From the NCBI GenBank assembly GCA_035650375.1, contig DASRHW010000105.1:4858-68857 (forward strand): a stretch of 64,000 bases of DNA, written 5' to 3'. The notes beneath the pieces are model-generated. The model searched no databases, was not told where the DNA came from, and worked only from the letters and a program-made list of their open reading frames with translations. The position numbers and the translations under genes were made by a program. Positions 63,428 through 64,000 of the stretch are shown here, piece by piece. Numbering within the stretch: position 1 is the stretch's first letter; the number at the start of each line of letters is the position of its first letter. The DNA is from Solirubrobacteraceae bacterium. Lineage in GTDB: Bacteria; Actinomycetota; Thermoleophilia; Solirubrobacterales; Solirubrobacteraceae.

Positions 63428-64000
63428 CCGCCGCTCCACAGACCCCGTCGAATGCCGGCGCCGCCGAGGCGGCGGCCCGCTTCGCCGCCGGCGCACCGGC
63501 CGACGTGCGCTACGCGGTGATCGACGGCCCCGCCGGGCGGCTCGTCGCCGCACGGACCGGGCGCGGGCTCGCACGGCTCGCCTACGAGGACGACAACGGC
63601 GGCCTTGACGCGATCCTCGACGTCCTCGCCGCGCGGCTGTCGCCACGGATCCTCGAGGCGCCGGCACAGCTCGACGACGTCCGGCGCGAGCTCGACGAGT
63701 ACTTCGACCACCGCCGCCGGGCGTTCGACGTCGTGATCGACTGGTCGCTCGTCAGCCCGTTCGGTCGCAAGATCCTGCGCGCGACGGCCGCGATCCCGTT
63801 CGGTGAGACGCGCACGTACTCACAGGTCGCCGCCGCGGCCGGCAGCCCGAAGGGCTCGCGCGCCGCCGGCAACGCGCTCGGCGCCAACCCGGTGCCGATC
63901 ATCGTCCCCTGCCACCGCGTCCTGCGCAGCGGCGGCGGGCTCGGCGGCTACACCGGCGGGCTCCAGCGCAAGCAGCTCCTGCTGCGCACCGAGGGTGTTC
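63424..64000 (+). CDS. methylated-DNA-protein-cysteine S-methyltransferase (Ogt/MGMT), 3' end outside window
   Basis: Hand translation from the ATG at 63424 (ATGA overlap) is open to the window edge. It contains ..IPFGETRTYSQVAAAAG.P.GSRAAGNALGANPVPIIVPCHRVL.. with the PCHR active site. Confidence 0.85.
   Translation, partial: MTAAPQTPSNAGAAEAAARFAAGAPADVRYAVIDGPAGRLVAARTGRGLARLAYEDDNGGLDAILDVLAARLSPRILEAPAQLDDVRRELDEYFDHRRRAFDVVIDWSLVSPFGRKILRATAAIPFGETRTYSQVAAAAGSPKGSRAAGNALGANPVPIIVPCHRVLRSGGGLGGYTGGLQRKQLLLRTEGV

Overview
Very GC-rich (by eye about 70 percent, not computed) bacterial chromosomal segment. Gene content looks Actinomycetota-like and 4-nt start/stop overlaps are frequent. 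I saw no rRNA, CRISPR array, transposase, integrase or phage genes. Left third (1-24603): aromatic and alkyl-aromatic catabolism. It holds an edge-truncated LigB-type extradiol dioxygenase, three tandem RraA/HMG-aldolase-like paralogs and a LysR regulator. A gentisate module follows (FAH hydrolase, gentisate 1,2-dioxygenase, IclR) with twin palindromic operator candidates. Then comes a PaaX-associated beta-oxidation-like set: SDRs, MaoC hydratase, a heteromeric-type acyl-CoA dehydrogenase pair, thiolase, crotonase and an acetoacetyl-CoA-synthetase-like ligase, plus a phenol-hydroxylase-type flavin monooxygenase and a VAO/PCMH-type flavoprotein. Middle: tRNA-His, gabD-like dehydrogenase, an MFS transporter, then an iron-acquisition island (28141-43765). 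The island has a HugZ-like heme-degrading protein divergent from an hmuTUV-like importer plus an HtaA-domain heme receptor. It also carries dodecin, a cNMP-binding TrxR-like flavoprotein without CxxC, an RTX-like secreted protein and a siderophore module (two paralogous binding proteins, two FecCD permeases, ATPase, siderophore-interacting reductase, exporter-fold ABC protein). Every heme and siderophore promoter region examined in the island (none was seen at the interposed dodecin, cNMP-flavoprotein or RTX-like genes) carries TTAGG-N4-CCTAA DtxR/IdeR-like iron boxes (six copies). Right third: CHASE-GGDEF-EAL protein, membrane cytochrome c, ribose-type sugar ABC transporter, amidase/deacetylase/VOC operon, GST, HemD-like protein, thiC with a TPP riboswitch, and tRNA-Arg and tRNA-Pro. 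It ends with small membrane proteins, a CAP-domain protein, a DUF1015-OsmC-Nudix-peroxiredoxin cluster and an ECF sigma factor translationally coupled to an O6-alkylguanine methyltransferase (runs off the 3' edge). I do not see an unambiguous, entirely new system. The most unusual items are the iron-box-marked heme/siderophore island with non-canonical architecture, the triple RraA array, the stand-alone SIP plus exporter-fold ABC pair, and the sigma-methyltransferase coupling. All family calls rest on by-eye motif recognition, not on searches.
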